Below, piece after piece: positions 62,447 through 64,000 of a DNA stretch of 64,000 bases (position 1 is its first letter; each line of letters starts with the position of its first letter). Source of the DNA: Rebecca billardiae RCC1528 (lineage: Eukaryota; Protista; Haptophyta); NCBI GenBank assembly GCA_965240325.2, contig OZ251239.1, forward strand, positions 1,426,001-1,490,000, written 5' to 3'. Below the pieces are notes generated by a model. That model did no database searches, was not told the DNA's origin, and saw nothing but the letters and a program-made list of their open reading frames with translations. Both the position numbers and the translations under genes were made by a program.

Positions 62447-64000
62447 ATGTCGAGCGGCGGCACGGCGCCCGAGGGCGGCGGGCGGCGCAGCTCGAACGAG
62501 AGCGAGCTGAGCGAGAAGGCCTCCGCCCAGCGCGGCGAGCGCTCGCTCTCCATCGACGACTTCCAGGTCCTCTCCAAGCTCGGCGAGGGCGGCTTTGGGA
62601 CCGTGCTGCTCGTGCGCAAGAAGTCGAACGGCAAGCTGTACGCGCTCAAGGTGCTGGTGAAGAAGAACATGACGAAGCACGGCGACGCGCAGCGCGCGAT
62701 CTCCGAGTCCGCCGCGATGCAGGACCTCCGCCACCCGTTCATCGTCGAGCTGCACTACGCGTTCCAGGACGCAAAGCACGTGTACTTTGTGCTCGAGTTT
62801 GTGGGCGGCGGCGACCTCTTCTCGCACCTCGAGCGCGGGATCTTCCCCGAGGCGTGGTGCAAGGTGTACATCGCAGAGATCGCACTCGCGATCGAGCACG
62901 TCCACTCGCAGGACTTTGTCTACCGCGACCTCAAGGTGCGCGGCACGCGCGCGGCGCGCGTCGCGCAGCGCGCGGCGGCGGCGGCGGCCGGAGCCGCTGC
63001 GCGGCGGCGGCGGCGGCTAGCTGGCTGGCGCGGCTCTGGCCGTCACCGTGGGCGGCGGCCCACGAGCTTGCGTGCGCGCGACGGCGCGTGCCCGCCCTGA
63101 TCCCGCGCGCCCTTCGCGCGCGCGCTCGCGCCCTGCCATGCGGCGCGTCCGCGGCCTTTGGCGCGCCGCGCGCTCCGCGTGCGCACCAGCCGGAGAATGT
63201 TCTGGTCGGCTCGGACGGGCACCTGGTGCTGGCGGACTTTGGGCTGGCGAAGAAGGTGCAGTCGCGCAAGACGGGCAAGCGGCTGATGACGCTGATCGGC
63301 ACGCCCTCGCTGCTCGCGCCCGAGCAGTTCCTCGAGAAGGATTATGGAAACTCGATCGACTGGTGGGCGCTCGGGCTGCTGTTCTGCGAGATGCTGATGG
63401 GCGAGACGCTGATCGTGGAGGTGGGCGACGACAACCTGCACGCGCTCATCGAGGCGTTCAAGCAGCAGCGCCACCTGCGCGCCGCGCCAGCGTACGCGCG
63501 CGGCGCATGGCGGCACGCTCGCGGTCGGCGCGGGGCGCGGCTGGGCGCACGCTCGGCGCCGCCGCGGTGCCGCGGGCTCTCACGCCCGCCTGCGCGGCCT
63601 GCTCGCTCCCCCCCGTGCGCAGCTGGGTGTCCGCCGAGGCGTCCGACCTGATCACCCGGCTGCTCACCGTGCCCCGGCACAAGCGGATGTGCTGCGGCCC
63701 CGAGGGGTTTGCGGAGCTGCAGCGACATCCATTCTTCAGCGGTGCGCGTGCGCACGCGCCCGCCCGCCCGCGCGCGCCGCCGCGCAGGGGTGGGGGCCGT
63801 GCGCAGCGCGCGGGGAGGGCGGCGTGGCAGCGCGTCGCGTGCGCGCGGCGGCGGCGTGGGCGTGCCCGATCCTCGCGCGTGCCCGCGCTCGCTCACCCGG
63901 CGCGCGCGCACACGCGCGGCCCACCGCCCTCGCCGTCGCGTGCGGCGCGGCGCGGCGCGGCGCGGCGCGGCGCGGCGCGTTGTGCCGGTGCGTGGTGTGC
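62447..64000 (+). CDS. AGC-family Ser/Thr kinase (S6K/RSK/SGK-like), multi-exon, continues beyond the window
   Basis: LGEGGFGTV, YALKVL, HPFIVELHYAFQD, YRDLK|PEN across intron 62936-63189, DFGLAK, GTP...APE, DWWALG; third exon ...ASDLITRLL...HPFF ending near 63741. Confidence 0.9.

Overview
Very GC-rich, gene-dense eukaryotic DNA with short GTGCG...YAG introns and many head-to-head gene pairs only about 40-190 bp apart. This is consistent with a microalga, probably a haptophyte (inference, not checked). Ordinary genes: GT25-like glycosyltransferase (runs off the left edge), WSC-domain protein, Golgi-type sulfotransferase, unknown membrane protein, FKBP25/FKBP3, ZIP11-like transporter, TRIQK-like protein, septin, amino-acid transporter, type II peroxiredoxin, PIF1 helicase, two SERF paralogues and an AGC kinase (runs off the right edge). 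The accessory layer has four parts. (1) Eight genes for EsV-1-7-type C-C-C-H repeat proteins at three sites; their 38-aa repeats have a nearly invariant scaffold with hypervariable residues at fixed positions, suggesting a TALE/zinc-finger-like modular recognition code. (2) A 4 x 4.7-kb tandem array coupling one such gene to a 2OG-Fe(II) oxygenase/ankyrin/2OG-Fe(II) oxygenase gene, intact only in the last copy. (3) An F-box/RCC1 triplet (two intact, one pseudogene) with a retrotransposon fragment between copies. (4) A (TA)n tract loaded with non-coding elements, one with split direct repeats (216 and 486 bp) around two minisatellites, that share a hairpin-CCAC end. Most long ORFs in the supplied track are GC-driven antisense or repeat-derived shadows. 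All calls come from reading the sequence; no database search was run.
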